The notes: a model not told the origin generated them from the sequence alone. A DNA stretch of 64,000 nucleotides from Syntrophorhabdaceae bacterium (GCA_035369805.1 DAOOVB010000007.1:7424-71423); one strand, 5' to 3'. Shown: positions 20,922 through 29,843, counted from the stretch's first letter. Program-made: numbers and translations.

Positions 20922-21576
20922 GATAGCGCCCTCCATATTATCATGCAATTTTCTAATGCTGGAGAAAGAGATTAAGGCAGCAGAACAGGCAGGAGCAGAT
21001 ATGTTCCATATAGATGTCATGGATGGTCACTTTGTCCCTAATATAACCATAGGGCCTATGTTTGTGGCGGCTATAAAAAGGATCACCGAAAAACCCCTGG
21101 ATTGCCACCTCATGATAAGCAATCCATCAGAATTTATAAATGACTTTATCAAGGCAGGTGCGGATATCATAACCATCCACATAGAGGCAGACACACACAT
21201 CTTCAGAACAACAGATGTTATAAAATCTGCTGGGATCAAGGCAGGGGTATCCCTTAATCCATCAACACCTTTATGCACACTAAAGCATATTATAGATAAT
21301 ATAGACCTTATCCTTATTATGACCGTTAATCCAGGTTTCGGCGGTCAATCATATATCCCTTTTATGGATAAAAAGATTAAAGATGCAAGGACTATGATAG
21401 AAGAAACAGGTAAAAAAATAGACCTTGAGGTGGATGGAGGCATAAAGGCATCAAATGTAAAAAAAGTGGTAGAGGCTGGGGCCAATATAGTTGTCATGGG
21501 CACAGAGTTTTTCCATAGCAGTGATTACAATAAAAAGGTGGCCGAGATAAGAAAGATCCTTGGTGAGATAGACTAA
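20908..21576 (+). CDS. rpe: ribulose-phosphate 3-epimerase
   Basis: IAPSILSCNF, HIDVMDGHFVPN, MTVNPGFGGQ and VDGGI motifs. Confidence 0.95.
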   Translation: MNKIKIAPSILSCNFLMLEKEIKAAEQAGADMFHIDVMDGHFVPNITIGPMFVAAIKRITEKPLDCHLMISNPSEFINDFIKAGADIITIHIEADTHIFRTTDVIKSAGIKAGVSLNPSTPLCTLKHIIDNIDLILIMTVNPGFGGQSYIPFMDKKIKDARTMIEETGKKIDLEVDGGIKASNVKKVVEAGANIVVMGTEFFHSSDYNKKVAEIRKILGEID

Positions 21577-21590
21577 ATTGGTGATTAATT

Positions 21591-22235
21591 ATGGAACTTA
21601 AGAAACAAAAGGTTTATAAACAGGTATTAGATGAAGCATGCAGGGCATTTCTTAATTCAGACCAGGAGATTCAGCTTATAAAGGCAGGGCTTAAATATAA
21701 AAAAACTACAAAAGGGTTTAACATAGAGATACCTTATTTTAATGATCTGATTATCTTAACAACCCCTGATCTTTCATTCAAAGCAAAAAGCGGTTCAAAT
21801 GTAAACCTTGTCTCAAAGATTATAATCCTTCATTATTTAAATTCTGCTTCAGGCATACCCAATAGTCATGAGCTTACCCCTTATGAGGATATCCCAGGGT
21901 GTAGACACTATCAACCTGTTTTTGAAAAAAGGGTTATAAAGCCATTGGTATCTGCCTTTGGGACAAACAGGGATGCCTTTAGAGAGGCAGGTGAGAGCCT
22001 CAACGGAACCATAGAAGACTATGGAGATGCCTCATTTACCATATGGCCTTTACCTAAAATCCCCATTACATTCATATTATGGGAAGCAGATGAGGAGTTT
22101 CCTCCATCTGTGCGGGTTTTATTTGACACTACCATTAATTTTTATATACCCCTTGAAGACATAACCATTATATCTAAGCTGGCATCATCAAGGATTATAA
22201 AGGCAGCAAGGATAAATTATGCAGAGGAATTTTGA
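21591..22235 (+). CDS. hypothetical protein (possibly DUF3786 family)
   Basis: 214-aa ORF with good coding character. The family guess is from memory of DUF3786-like sequences, and no catalytic motif was recognised. Confidence 0.4.
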   Translation: MELKKQKVYKQVLDEACRAFLNSDQEIQLIKAGLKYKKTTKGFNIEIPYFNDLIILTTPDLSFKAKSGSNVNLVSKIIILHYLNSASGIPNSHELTPYEDIPGCRHYQPVFEKRVIKPLVSAFGTNRDAFREAGESLNGTIEDYGDASFTIWPLPKIPITFILWEADEEFPPSVRVLFDTTINFYIPLEDITIISKLASSRIIKAARINYAEEF

Positions 22236-22298
22236 GACTTTTCAAATATCTTTTTTGAATCTTTGCAATTAATGCCTGAATATTATAACTAATAAACC

Positions 22299-24038
22299 AT
22301 GGGTAAAACCCAAGAAGAAACCTTCAAAAGCCTTTTTCTGTTGGCACCCATAGGCATGTTTATCACTCAAAGTGGTAGATTTGTCTTGGTGAACCATAAA
22401 TTTGCGGAACTCACGGGATTTAGCGAAAAAGAACTTCTTGAACTCCACTATGAAGACCTTGTCTATCCCCAAGATAGGGAAAGATGCAAGATGGAGGCCA
22501 TCAACACCATCAAAGGTAAGCATTTTGAACCATATGAATTCAGGGCTTTGAAAAAAGATGGCGAGGTAAGATGGGTCATGGCAACCATTACCTCAATTAT
22601 CTATCAAGGAAAACGCTCCGGGCTTGGCATTGTCTTAGATATTACCGAAAAAAAGATGCTGGGAGAAAAACTCCGTGAGGTCATGGAACAATTAAGCATT
22701 ATCATTGAGAACGTCCAGGAGGGTATAACTTTCAGTGACGAACAGGGCAAGTTTTATGTATATAATTCAGAGATGGAAAGACTTACAGGCTATACCATGG
22801 AAGAGGCAAATACATTTAAAGATTTTATGCAAATCCTCTATCCTGATCGAGAAGAATACAGAAAAGCCATGGAGAGATTGGAGGTTGTGAGGAATAAAAA
22901 GATTCTGAAGAACATAGAAACTGTGTTTACCACAAAAAACGGTAATCAAAAGCAGATACTCTTGTCTACATGTCTTATCACTTACAAAGAAAAGGTCATG
23001 TTCTTAAGTATCTATCATGATGTAACAGAACTGAAAGATACAGAGCGAGCATTAAGATTATCAGAAGAAAAATACCGTTCTATGTTTGATAATGCTGTGG
23101 AAGGTATCTTTCAATCAACTCCCTCAGGTAGGTTTATAAGTTCCAATCCATCACTGGCAAGGATGTATGGTTTTTCCAGTCCAGAGGAATTGATTACCAC
23201 TGTAAATGATATATGGACACAACTTTATGTTAACCCAGATGACCGCTTGCATTTAAAGGAAATGTTGGAAAAAGATGGTATTGTTCTGGGATTTGAAACA
23301 CAACTCTATAGAAAAGATAAAAGCATCCTGTGGGTATCTATCAATGCAAGGATTGTAAGAGATGCCATGGGAAATGTCTTGTATTATGAAGGAACAGTGG
23401 AAGATATAACAAAAAGAAAGATGGCAGAGGAAAGACTAAATAGAACTCTGGAAAGATTAAGAAAATCCATAGGGATTACCGTTCAAACAATTATTCAGAT
23501 AGTGGAATCAAGAGACCCATATACAGCAGGTCACCAGATAAAAGTATCAAGACTGGCAAGAGCAATAGCAAAAGAGATGAAGCTACCTGATAATTCCATA
23601 GATGCAATACGCATGGCAGGCCTTGTCCATGATATAGGTAAGATTTCAATCCCATCTGATATCCTCAATAAACCAGGAAAACTAACTGGTATTGAAATGG
23701 AGCTACTCAAACTCCACCCACAGAAGGGTTATGAAATCCTGAAGGATATAGAGTCTGAATGGAATTTAGGAAAGATAGTCCTTCAGCATCATGAAAGGAT
23801 TGATGGGTCTGGATACCCTAAAGGCTTAAAAGGAGACGAAATCATTATAGAGGCAAAAATACTTGCCGTAGCAGATGTTGTTGAGGCAATGTCCTCACAT
23901 AGGCCATACAGATGTGCCCTGGGCATAGATGAAGCCCTTAAAGAGTTAGAGATCAACAAAGGTGTATTATACGATAAAGATGTGGCTGAGGCATGCATAA
24001 GGCTATTTAAAGAGGGGAGATTCTCATTTGATGGTTAG
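22299..24038 (+). CDS. PAS-domain sensor with C-terminal HD-GYP domain (probable c-di-GMP phosphodiesterase)
   Basis: Three PAS/PAC modules (each ending ...YEG.VEDIT.RK) and an HD-GYP domain with HDIGKISIP and HHERIDGSGYPKGLKG. Confidence 0.88.
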   Translation: MGKTQEETFKSLFLLAPIGMFITQSGRFVLVNHKFAELTGFSEKELLELHYEDLVYPQDRERCKMEAINTIKGKHFEPYEFRALKKDGEVRWVMATITSIIYQGKRSGLGIVLDITEKKMLGEKLREVMEQLSIIIENVQEGITFSDEQGKFYVYNSEMERLTGYTMEEANTFKDFMQILYPDREEYRKAMERLEVVRNKKILKNIETVFTTKNGNQKQILLSTCLITYKEKVMFLSIYHDVTELKDTERALRLSEEKYRSMFDNAVEGIFQSTPSGRFISSNPSLARMYGFSSPEELITTVNDIWTQLYVNPDDRLHLKEMLEKDGIVLGFETQLYRKDKSILWVSINARIVRDAMGNVLYYEGTVEDITKRKMAEERLNRTLERLRKSIGITVQTIIQIVESRDPYTAGHQIKVSRLARAIAKEMKLPDNSIDAIRMAGLVHDIGKISIPSDILNKPGKLTGIEMELLKLHPQKGYEILKDIESEWNLGKIVLQHHERIDGSGYPKGLKGDEIIIEAKILAVADVVEAMSSHRPYRCALGIDEALKELEINKGVLYDKDVAEACIRLFKEGRFSFDG

Positions 24039-24054
24039 AAATCTTAAATAACCT

Positions 24055-25272
24055 TTATCCCTGTATGCCTTTTTGAAGACCCCTTGTAGCTTCATTCAGT
24101 GCGAATTCAAGCCTTTGCGCCTCTTTCAATATGATCTCTACATATCTCCATCCCTCTGATGAAGGGTCTATGGTTTTGGCAAGTCTTCTGGCAAAACCGC
24201 TGACAGCGGTTAAAGGGTTTTTTATTTCGTGGGCTACTGCCTGTAAGGTTTTTATGACCTCCATGTTCTGTTTTTCAGGTTCTGTTTTTAAGGTGTCAAA
24301 TGTTGGTAAATCGTCTAAAGGATATCTCTGTTTATCATCACACATACATTCTGATATTCTTATGAGTGCCCTATTTGCCTTTTCCATGAGTGCCAGCAAA
24401 TCATTTTCTCCATGGACTTTCATGTTTAAGGCCTGCGCAGTTTTATCTACCTCGTTCATTGAGTTTATTACTACATCATAAATCTCATCATGAATAACTC
24501 CAAATGCAGAGGTGAATTCTTGTATGGTAGTCTCAATATGGGCATTTTCATGACAGATAAGAACAGATAACCTCTCTGACATAGAGCAAATTCTTGCAAG
24601 CTCTGGCATCTTGGATATATTATCTTTTTCATAACAATAGCGCTGACACATGATAATTTCTTCTGGAAACTTCCAGAATTTAAGGGCTGTTTCACCTATT
24701 TCCCTATGGGTTATGCCATGTCTTTCTTTTTCCATGGAAAGCAGTATTTCCAGGGAGTGCATATTAAGGTCTATATCTTCATCTGTATTCTTTAGAAATA
24801 AGTCATGATAAATCAAAAGCCCTATCTCAAGAATTAGCCCTGCAACGAATGCCTCTTCTGGTGGGCACACATTGAACTTGCTGGCGAGTCCTTTTGCCAG
24901 AAGACCCCTATATAGAGAAGTCTTCCAGAAAAGGTCATAATTGATTCTCCCTGATTTATCCATAGGGAATGCGTCTTTTATTGATAATGAAAGGGCAAGC
25001 AATCTCAATTGACGAAACCCGATCCGTAAGACTGCCTGTTGTATTGTTGTCACTGGACTTAGAGATTTGAAAAAAGCGCCATTAGCCAGCTTCAAGACCC
25101 TAATAGTCAATGATGGGTCTTTTTCTATTAAACTACACAGTTCATTCAGAGAGGTAGCTTCATCGGCAGCGAGTTCAATAAGCTTAACAGCTGTTTTTGA
25201 AAAAGGCGGTAGCTGGTAACCTGATTCAAGTTTTTTAAGTATTGACCGTGCGTTATTTTCATACATTATCAT
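24055..25272 (-). CDS. HDOD domain protein with a C-terminal HisKA (DHp)-like segment and no ATPase domain
   Basis: N-terminal HDOD signature (LPPFSKTAVKLIEL...DPSLTIRVLKLANGAFF). The C-terminus carries the H-box-like AHEIKNPLTAVSGFARRL, and the ORF ends about 60 aa later with no N/G1/G2 boxes. Confidence 0.7.
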   Translation of the reverse strand: MIMYENNARSILKKLESGYQLPPFSKTAVKLIELAADEATSLNELCSLIEKDPSLTIRVLKLANGAFFKSLSPVTTIQQAVLRIGFRQLRLLALSLSIKDAFPMDKSGRINYDLFWKTSLYRGLLAKGLASKFNVCPPEEAFVAGLILEIGLLIYHDLFLKNTDEDIDLNMHSLEILLSMEKERHGITHREIGETALKFWKFPEEIIMCQRYCYEKDNISKMPELARICSMSERLSVLICHENAHIETTIQEFTSAFGVIHDEIYDVVINSMNEVDKTAQALNMKVHGENDLLALMEKANRALIRISECMCDDKQRYPLDDLPTFDTLKTEPEKQNMEVIKTLQAVAHEIKNPLTAVSGFARRLAKTIDPSSEGWRYVEIILKEAQRLEFALNEATRGLQKGIQG

Positions 25273-25522
25273 CTTCTATATCTTTACATTTCATAAATAG
25301 CAAGCCTTTTTTATTTTATCGTTTTTATTTAAAAAAAATTAAGATGAGACTTTTTTTCAAGGTCTCGGATTGATAGGAGATTTAATTTTAAAGACGTTGC
25401 AGTATATTAAAAAAACCTGCAATCAAAGCCTAAATAGATGTAATATATAGTTTTTTATCCTTTAAAGCTCTCTATAGGCTCTATGTGAGATTAATATATT
25501 TAGCTTGTTGCTGTGTCAGTTT

Positions 25523-26074
25523 TTATTTCTTTGTCCATATTATAAGTGCCTCCAAAAGCTCTTTTATCTTGGCAATTGTTGCCTCATCCGTTATTCTTCC
25601 ATTGTCATCCACTTTTTTATCAATAAAAGGGACCATTACTTCAGGCTGGTTTAAAAGTATGATATTTAAGAATACACATACCTGCCTGAGATGGTATTGT
25701 GCCCTTGCAGTTCCCAACATGCCTATAGAGCCGCCCATTATTGCCCCAGGCTTTCCATAAAATGCATTATCACCATAGGGTCTTGATGCCCAATCAAGGG
25801 CGTTTTTTAACACACCTGGCATGGAATAATTATATTCAGGTGTTACAATAAGGACGGCATCTGCCTTTCTTATCTTTTCTTTGAATAGCTTTACCTGTTC
25901 AGGTGGCTCAGACTCAAGGTCTTGGTTAAAGGGTGGTATGCCTTCAAGGTCAAATATCTCAATCTTACAATTTTCTGGTGCAAGCTCTTTTGCCGTATTA
26001 AGAAGGATCTTATTGTATGAGCCTTTTCTTAAACTCCCTGCAAATCCCAATATGTTAATGCTTCTCGATTCCAT
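25523..26074 (-). CDS. NAD(P)H-dependent FMN reductase family oxidoreductase
   Basis: ILGFAGSLRKGSYN and TPEYNYSMPGVLKNALDW motifs of the flavodoxin-like FMN reductase fold. Confidence 0.85.
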   Translation of the reverse strand: MESRSINILGFAGSLRKGSYNKILLNTAKELAPENCKIEIFDLEGIPPFNQDLESEPPEQVKLFKEKIRKADAVLIVTPEYNYSMPGVLKNALDWASRPYGDNAFYGKPGAIMGGSIGMLGTARAQYHLRQVCVFLNIILLNQPEVMVPFIDKKVDDNGRITDEATIAKIKELLEALIIWTKK

Positions 26075-26093
26075 GATTACCCCTATATTTTAA

Positions 26094-26612
26094 CTATTTT
26101 AAGCGCTCTTCAGATAGATAAAGATGATCTGTCTCTATCTCTACAAGGGCCTCAAAAATTTGTTTTATCCGCACATTATCAGATTCTTCTATAGCTTTTC
26201 TGTAGAATGCGATTGCCTTCTCTTCTCTGGCATGAGACTCTTGAAGATTTTTTATGTTTTCTTTATGACATTTTTCATCACCCTTGGGCACTGCAGGGAG
26301 TTTCAAGATCTTCCTCCATATGGCTGCGTGTTCTGCCTCAATTTTGCCTAATGCCTTAAACAATAGTTTGCCTTCCTGGTCATCTGTTTCTTCTGCTGCA
26401 CAGAAATAAAAGGTGGAATTACTCACCTCCACCTTTAAAGCATGCTCTGCATTTTCCTTATCCTTTTCCGTCAACTCCACATCAAAATTTACATTAGCAT
26501 CCTTTGCCTCTTCTATAAATGCAATATGAGCACCACAGAAAGGACAGTTTTGAGGTGGGCTTTCACCCACATATGGGTCTCCGCATATTATACATCTCCA
26601 TAATTTAACCAT
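26094..26612 (-). CDS. reverse rubrerythrin-type protein (N-terminal rubredoxin-like Cys4 plus ferritin-like diiron domain)
   Basis: CIICG...CPFCG at the N-terminus, then ExxH-type diiron ligand motifs (IEAEH, IETDH). AAGGAGG RBS upstream. Confidence 0.8.
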   Translation of the reverse strand: MVKLWRCIICGDPYVGESPPQNCPFCGAHIAFIEEAKDANVNFDVELTEKDKENAEHALKVEVSNSTFYFCAAEETDDQEGKLLFKALGKIEAEHAAIWRKILKLPAVPKGDEKCHKENIKNLQESHAREEKAIAFYRKAIEESDNVRIKQIFEALVEIETDHLYLSEERLK

Positions 26613-26772
26613 TTTGTCATTCCTCCTTTTTAATTTTTTTGTTTATCATCCTCTTCATCACCTTGTATAGAGGGGAACCCCTCCTTAATCTTTCCCACTT
26701 GCTGGAAAAGTTTAATCAAGGAGGGGCAAGGAGGGGAGGATGGTTAAAGAAGCGGGTCTACCATGGTTGTAT

Positions 26773-26904
26773 CTATGCCTTTTGAAATGCACTTTTAGGT
26801 GCATTGCATATAGGACAATGCCAGTCATCTGCCAGTTCTTCAAATGGAACCTTCTCATATTTTTCATTGTATTCATAACCACATACTGAACATACCCAGA
26901 CCAT
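26773..26904 (-). CDS. rubredoxin (43 aa; not in the ORF track)
   Basis: Hand translation of the minus strand gives MVWVCSVCGYEYNEKYEKVPFEELADDWHCPICNAPKSAFQKA*. It has the CxxCG...CPxC rubredoxin knuckles, and AAGGAGG lies 6 nt upstream of the ATG. Confidence 0.85.
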   Translation of the reverse strand: MVWVCSVCGYEYNEKYEKVPFEELADDWHCPICNAPKSAFQKA

Positions 26905-26925
26905 AAAAAACCTCCTTATCTTTTA

Positions 26926-27342
26926 TTAAGACCCTGAAACAGGGCCTTCCATCTCTTTACATTTATTGCAAATCCCGTAAAAATCAACGTGAATTCCTAT
27001 TATTTCAAAGCCTTCAAATTCATCTACGGGTAGTTCAAGATCAAAATCACTAAATACGTCAAAGATCTCACGACATTTTATACATATAAGATGATGATGA
27101 GGCCTTAAATCGCAATCAAATCTTTTCTTGCCTGTATCTATTGAAAGCTCTACCAAGAGCCCCTTTTCCTTTAATTTTTCCAAGGTATTATAAACAGTAG
27201 CAAATGACATGGTAGGAAATTTTTCTGATACTGCTTTATACACATCACTGGCAGAGGGATGCACCCTGTTATCGTTAAGATACTCAATGATTGCCAGTCT
27301 TTGAGGAGTCTGCTTTATATCTGCAATCTCTGATATATCCAT
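26926..27342 (-). CDS. perR: Fur family transcriptional regulator, PerR-like
   Basis: Winged-helix N-domain (TPQRLAIIEYL...HPSASDVY) plus HHHLICIKC and C-terminal CNKC metal sites. First gene of a rubredoxin/rubrerythrin operon, and PerR-box-like operators overlap its promoter. Confidence 0.8.
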   Translation of the reverse strand: MDISEIADIKQTPQRLAIIEYLNDNRVHPSASDVYKAVSEKFPTMSFATVYNTLEKLKEKGLLVELSIDTGKKRFDCDLRPHHHLICIKCREIFDVFSDFDLELPVDEFEGFEIIGIHVDFYGICNKCKEMEGPVSGS

Positions 27343-27381
27343 ATCACCTATACCTTTTCTATTTTAAAAATTATTATCAAA

Positions 27382-27396
27382 TTATAATTATTCTAA
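27382..27396. promoter_or_regulatory. PerR/Fur-box-like operator 1
   Basis: TTATAATTATTCTAA differs from the 7-1-7 PerR box TTATAATnATTATAA at one defined position. It overlaps the putative -10 of perR. Confidence 0.5.
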
Positions 27397-27418
27397 ATTA
27401 ATAAATTATTTTTGTCAA
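27390..27418 (-). promoter_or_regulatory. putative sigma-70 promoter of the perR operon
   Basis: On the minus strand: TTGACA (27418-27413), exactly 17 nt, then TAGAAT (27395-27390). About 45 nt upstream of the perR ATG. Confidence 0.55.
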
Positions 27419-27466
27419 GAAAAATTTTAATCTTGAAAATATTATTATTTAAAAAATTATTTTGTT

Positions 27467-27481
27467 TTATAATTATTATTA
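27467..27481. promoter_or_regulatory. PerR/Fur-box-like operator 2
   Basis: TTATAATTATTATTA, one mismatch to TTATAATnATTATAA. The background is very AT-rich, so a chance match is possible. Confidence 0.35.
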
Positions 27482-27508
27482 TTTTGAAAAAAAAATCGAT
27501 GTTTAAAG

Positions 27509-28579
27509 CTAAAATCTATATCCTTGTATATCAAGCCTTGTAAGCCCTGCCTCTTTTGCCCATGTCACTGCTTGGGCATACTCTTTTTTTGTAATCCGCC
27601 TTGATATCTCTGGATAATCTTTAGCCTTATAAACAGGAGTATACTGGGACATGATATTTATGTATGTGTCTTTTGGAAGGTAATTTGCTATCCATTCCAT
27701 TATCTCTTTAGTGCCTGCAACACCATTGGGCATGACGAGGTGGCGTATTATAAGCCCTCTGTATATAATCCCATCTTTTGAAGGCACAGCGACCCCTACC
27801 TGTCTATGCATCTCCAATATGGCTTTCTTTGTAATCTCTGGATATGTAGATGCACCAGATGAGTATTTCTCTGCCATATTTGGGTTGGCATACTTAAAAT
27901 CCGGAAGATATATATCTACCACACCATCTAATTCCTTTAAAACATCCAACCTCTCCCAACCACAGGTATTATAGACAATAGGCAGATGCAATCCCAGAGA
28001 AACTGCCTTATCAATAGCAAGTAAAATATGGGGTGAATAATGAGTTGGTGTCACTATGTTTATATTATGGCAACCTATTTTTTGCAGTTGAAGCATTATT
28101 TGGGCAAAATTCTCTATGTCTGTCTCACTACCAATTCCTTCTTGACTGATCTCCCAATTTATGCAAAACACACAACGAAGAGAGCAATTTGTAAGAAATA
28201 TGGCACCTGAACCCCCTACACCTACAAGAGGTGCCTCTTCACCAAAATGAGCGTGAAAACCTGAGATCTGAAGGCGTGCATTAGAATGACAGAACCCGCG
28301 TTCGCCTTTTAAACGGTTTGCCCTGCACTCCCTGGGACAGAGGTTACATGATTCCATCCTTGCCCATAGCTTCTCCCCCCTCTTCTTAAGCTCACCGTTT
28401 TTATGGAGTTTCATATAGGAAGGAACGTAGACCCCTGGACCTCTTGTGTCTTTAGCATTGCCTTCCCTTTTGCATCCTACTAAATGAAATAATGAAGCAG
28501 AACAGAATACAAGGGAATTATAAAGGCATCTTTTTAAAAAAAATCTTTTAGAAATATCTATATCATCATTTTTAAACAT
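27509..28579 (-). CDS. radical SAM protein, PflX (COG1313)-like
   Basis: CSLRCVFCINWE (CxxxCxxC) cluster motif and an upstream CNLCPRECRANRLKGERGFC Cys-rich segment typical of PflX-type enzymes. The start is uncertain: the track TTG at 28615 forms part of a TTGACA-17-TATAAG promoter-like element, ATG 28579 (MFKND...) is used here, and ATG 28414 (MKLHKNGE) is an alternative. Confidence 0.75.
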   Translation of the reverse strand: MFKNDDIDISKRFFLKRCLYNSLVFCSASLFHLVGCKREGNAKDTRGPGVYVPSYMKLHKNGELKKRGEKLWARMESCNLCPRECRANRLKGERGFCHSNARLQISGFHAHFGEEAPLVGVGGSGAIFLTNCSLRCVFCINWEISQEGIGSETDIENFAQIMLQLQKIGCHNINIVTPTHYSPHILLAIDKAVSLGLHLPIVYNTCGWERLDVLKELDGVVDIYLPDFKYANPNMAEKYSSGASTYPEITKKAILEMHRQVGVAVPSKDGIIYRGLIIRHLVMPNGVAGTKEIMEWIANYLPKDTYINIMSQYTPVYKAKDYPEISRRITKKEYAQAVTWAKEAGLTRLDIQGYRF

Positions 28580-28901
28580 CAATTGACTTATAGCATCGAA
28601 TAGAAAAACTGTCAATTATGGATAGAAAACTGTTCAACATTTAGAGTTTAAAATCAGTGAGCAGTGATGGTGAGGATGACACAAAAAAAGTGATCAATGA
28701 CGTTACAAGTGGAGGTGGAAGGTAAAGAACAGTTGTTGTCTCATATCTCATAGATTATGGATTAGAGATGTTGGATTTTGGGTGGAAAAAGTATTTCACG
28801 TTTCACGTTTTGTGTCTGACTTTTTGTCTTGTGCTCAACGTTTACCACCATCCTCTCCATTATATCGATGCAATACTCTATAAATGCAATAAATGCTATT
28901 T

Positions 28902-29843
28902 TCAGATGTTCCAATCTTTAAAACAAGCAACCTTATGGGATTTATCTCCTGTGAGGACAGGGACCTCTTTTTTGCATCTTTCTTTTCTTGTATTGCATCT
29001 GGGATAATAAGAACAACCTTCAAAAGATTCCACCTGATAATCTATTTTTTTCTTGAAGAAGTCGCCTTTAATGGAATCAATTAACATCTGAGTATAAGGA
29101 TGAAGGGGGTTATAGAATACCTCATTTTTATCACCGGCCTCGACTATCTTACCTTTATAAACAACGATTATCTCATCGGATATAAACCTTACAATGTTTA
29201 GGTCATGGGACACAAAAAGCATAGATATTCCCCTATTTTCTTTTATATCCAAAAAGAGATTTATAATCTGTGCCTGTATTGATACATCAAGGGATGATAC
29301 AGGCTCATCAGCAACGATCAATTTTGGGTCTGTGGTCAGAGCCCTGCCAATAGCCACCCTCTGCCTCTGCCCACCACTCATCTCATGAGGATATTTATTC
29401 AAGAAGTCCTCATTAAGTCCCACATCCTTTAAAATCCCTATAACCTTTTCCTTAATATCTTTACCTTCAGCCAGACCATGATATACAAGGGGTTCAGAAA
29501 GGGTTGAAAAAACCTTCATCCTTGGGTTCAACGATGAATATGGGTCCTGAAATATTATCTGCATGTCCTTGCGAATTGTCCTTAGCTCACTGTTTTTTAG
29601 ACTGATTAAATCCTTATCCTCAAATATAATCTTTCCTCTATCTGGTTTTTCGAGAAATAAAACACATCTGGCAAGGGTGCTTTTTCCTGAGCCGCTTTCA
29701 CCTACTATACCTAAGGTAAGGCCCCTGATAAGATGGAAAGATATAGAATCTACAGCCTTTATTATCTCCTTTTTTGTAGAAAACATGGATCTTTTTATTT
29801 CATATTCTTTTTTTAATCCTGATACAGATAGCAACGTGTCCAT
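28902..29843 (-). CDS. oligopeptide/dipeptide ABC transporter ATP-binding protein (OppF/DppF type)
   Basis: Walker A GESGSGKST, signature MSGGQRQR, Walker B LIVADEPVSSLD, and the OppD/F-type C-terminal extension with 4 Cys. Confidence 0.88.
   Translation of the reverse strand: MDTLLSVSGLKKEYEIKRSMFSTKKEIIKAVDSISFHLIRGLTLGIVGESGSGKSTLARCVLFLEKPDRGKIIFEDKDLISLKNSELRTIRKDMQIIFQDPYSSLNPRMKVFSTLSEPLVYHGLAEGKDIKEKVIGILKDVGLNEDFLNKYPHEMSGGQRQRVAIGRALTTDPKLIVADEPVSSLDVSIQAQIINLFLDIKENRGISMLFVSHDLNIVRFISDEIIVVYKGKIVEAGDKNEVFYNPLHPYTQMLIDSIKGDFFKKKIDYQVESFEGCSYYPRCNTRKERCKKEVPVLTGDKSHKVACFKDWNI

Noticed and set aside
20505-21020. 171-aa minus-strand ORF
   Set aside because: It is entirely antisense to the well-supported PASTA and rpe genes. 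The sequence is low-complexity and Phe/Ile-rich with no motifs or RBS, which is typical of a shadow ORF in AT-rich DNA.
25343-25365. GAGAC-N11-GTCTC hairpin downstream of the FMN reductase gene, considered as a terminator
   Set aside because: The stem is only 5 bp with a long A/T loop. It is too weak to call, although a T-run follows on the minus strand.
26613-26680. Possible 14-codon leader peptide (GTG ATG AAG AGG ATG ATA AAC...) upstream of rubrerythrin
   Set aside because: The nearest SD-like sequence is 16-19 nt from the candidate starts, which is too far. The peptide has no distinctive content, so it is most likely chance.
28768-29023. Small ORFs of 62-79 aa on both strands around the 3' end of the OppF-type gene
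   Set aside because: They overlap the confident ABC ATPase gene or the spacer and have no RBS and no motifs. I treated them as non-coding.
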